Below are positions 62,129-64,000 of a stretch of 64,000 nucleotides of DNA, in pieces (within the stretch, counting starts at the first letter, position 1; each line of letters starts with the position of its first letter). The notes under the pieces are model-generated. The model ran no database searches. It worked only from the letters and a program-made list of their open reading frames with translations, and was not told where the DNA came from. This DNA comes from the human T2T-CHM13v2.0 reference genome, Homo sapiens: assembly GCF_009914755.1 (NCBI RefSeq), contig NC_060935.1. One strand, given 5' to 3'. Position numbers and translations under genes: made by a program.

Positions 62129-62399
62129 AGTGAACAACATATCCAAGAAAGCACTCCATATCAGTTAATCATGCCCTCAGTCTTTTTCACAGGTGCATAA
62201 TGCTCCATTGGATATTCCTACCACGTAGACTGCTTGTTAATTTTTGTAATTAAGAAATGCTGCAACCTTGTACATGTGTATTTTCATACTGTGGGAAGTG
62301 CATCTTCTGGGTAAATTCTGAGATTTGGGACTGCTGAGTCAAAAGGCATGTATGTGGTCAAATAAACACATCTTATGTTGCCTAATAACACATAATTTC

Positions 62400-63355
<956 letters not shown>

Positions 63356-64000
63356 TAAAGTCAAAAAAGAAAGCAACATCGGATGTCTTTTTAACACTTA
63401 TATTCTTATTTCTACTGCTGAATTTTACTTACATGGATAAAGAGCTTTCTCCCAGAAAAAAGAATCATTGTATAAGGTGACAGTAAGTTAAAGACGGCAA
63501 TATTAAACTGTTAGTATATACCGACAATAAACTGACTGCATTTTTAATTAAACTATAAGTTAAAGCTGTTCAGTGCTATGCAACAAATAATCACATGGCC
63601 TTTATAAAACACTAAAAATAAAATATAATTTATAAGACATCAAGGAGCTCAGTCCAATTATTCTCAAGTACAATTTAAGACAATTTATATTTCTTTGCAT
63701 CTTTGAAACACATTTTTCTTTGCAAAAGAAATAAATCTAAGGCCTACCAACTACAAGTTTAAGTTTCAATCTCAAACAGACTCAGCAGCTCTGCCCAAAG
63801 TAATTCAAGATCAAGGCCTTTCAACAAAATTCATGACTATTAACTCCATACTGTCTACACGCAAAGTGAAAATCCTTTACTCATTATCACTTTTCATTAA
63901 GGAAGGCACGGTGGAATTAATATCCTAAAGACCATTTTCCCCAACCAGAAAAAAAGGCGTTCAAGTGGCATCACAAAATCTGTTTCAATTTTAAAGACCA

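Overview
Human genomic DNA (human-specific AluYb8 at 30950-31263) from the RRAS2 (TC21, R-Ras2 small GTPase) locus, which is transcribed on the minus strand. The only protein-coding sequence I can support is three internal exons: exon 2 (7356-7443), exon 3 (6348-6450) and exon 4 (6059-6167). Together they are exactly 300 nt and encode residues 37-136 (switch [10 protein letters not shown], switch II DTAGQEE, NKAD). Positions 1-6058 are intron 4 and 7444-64000 are the very long intron 1; exon 1 and exons 5-6 lie outside the window. The rest is repeat-rich intron: about 45 Alu/FLAM/FAM copies, old L1M and L2 fragments, MIRs, MaLR solo LTRs (THE1, MLT1, MST), an ERV1-class solo LTR, DNA-transposon MITEs and microsatellites. 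The supplied ORFs are essentially Alu-derived or chance ORFs. I found no new gene system. The most notable items are: (1) a tail-less inverted Alu pair whose centre is a perfect 50-bp palindrome sharing private mutations, implying a template switch; (2) the phase-0, 300-nt exon 2-4 block, which would give a stop-free circRNA ORF if back-spliced; (3) a CpG-retaining THE1 LTR with a DUX4-type motif pointing antisense into the exons; (4) an unusually CpG-rich AluJ next to an enhancer-like motif cluster; (5) a candidate recursive splice site in intron 1. Repeat subfamily names are recognised by eye, not from a RepeatMasker run, and old-repeat boundaries are approximate.
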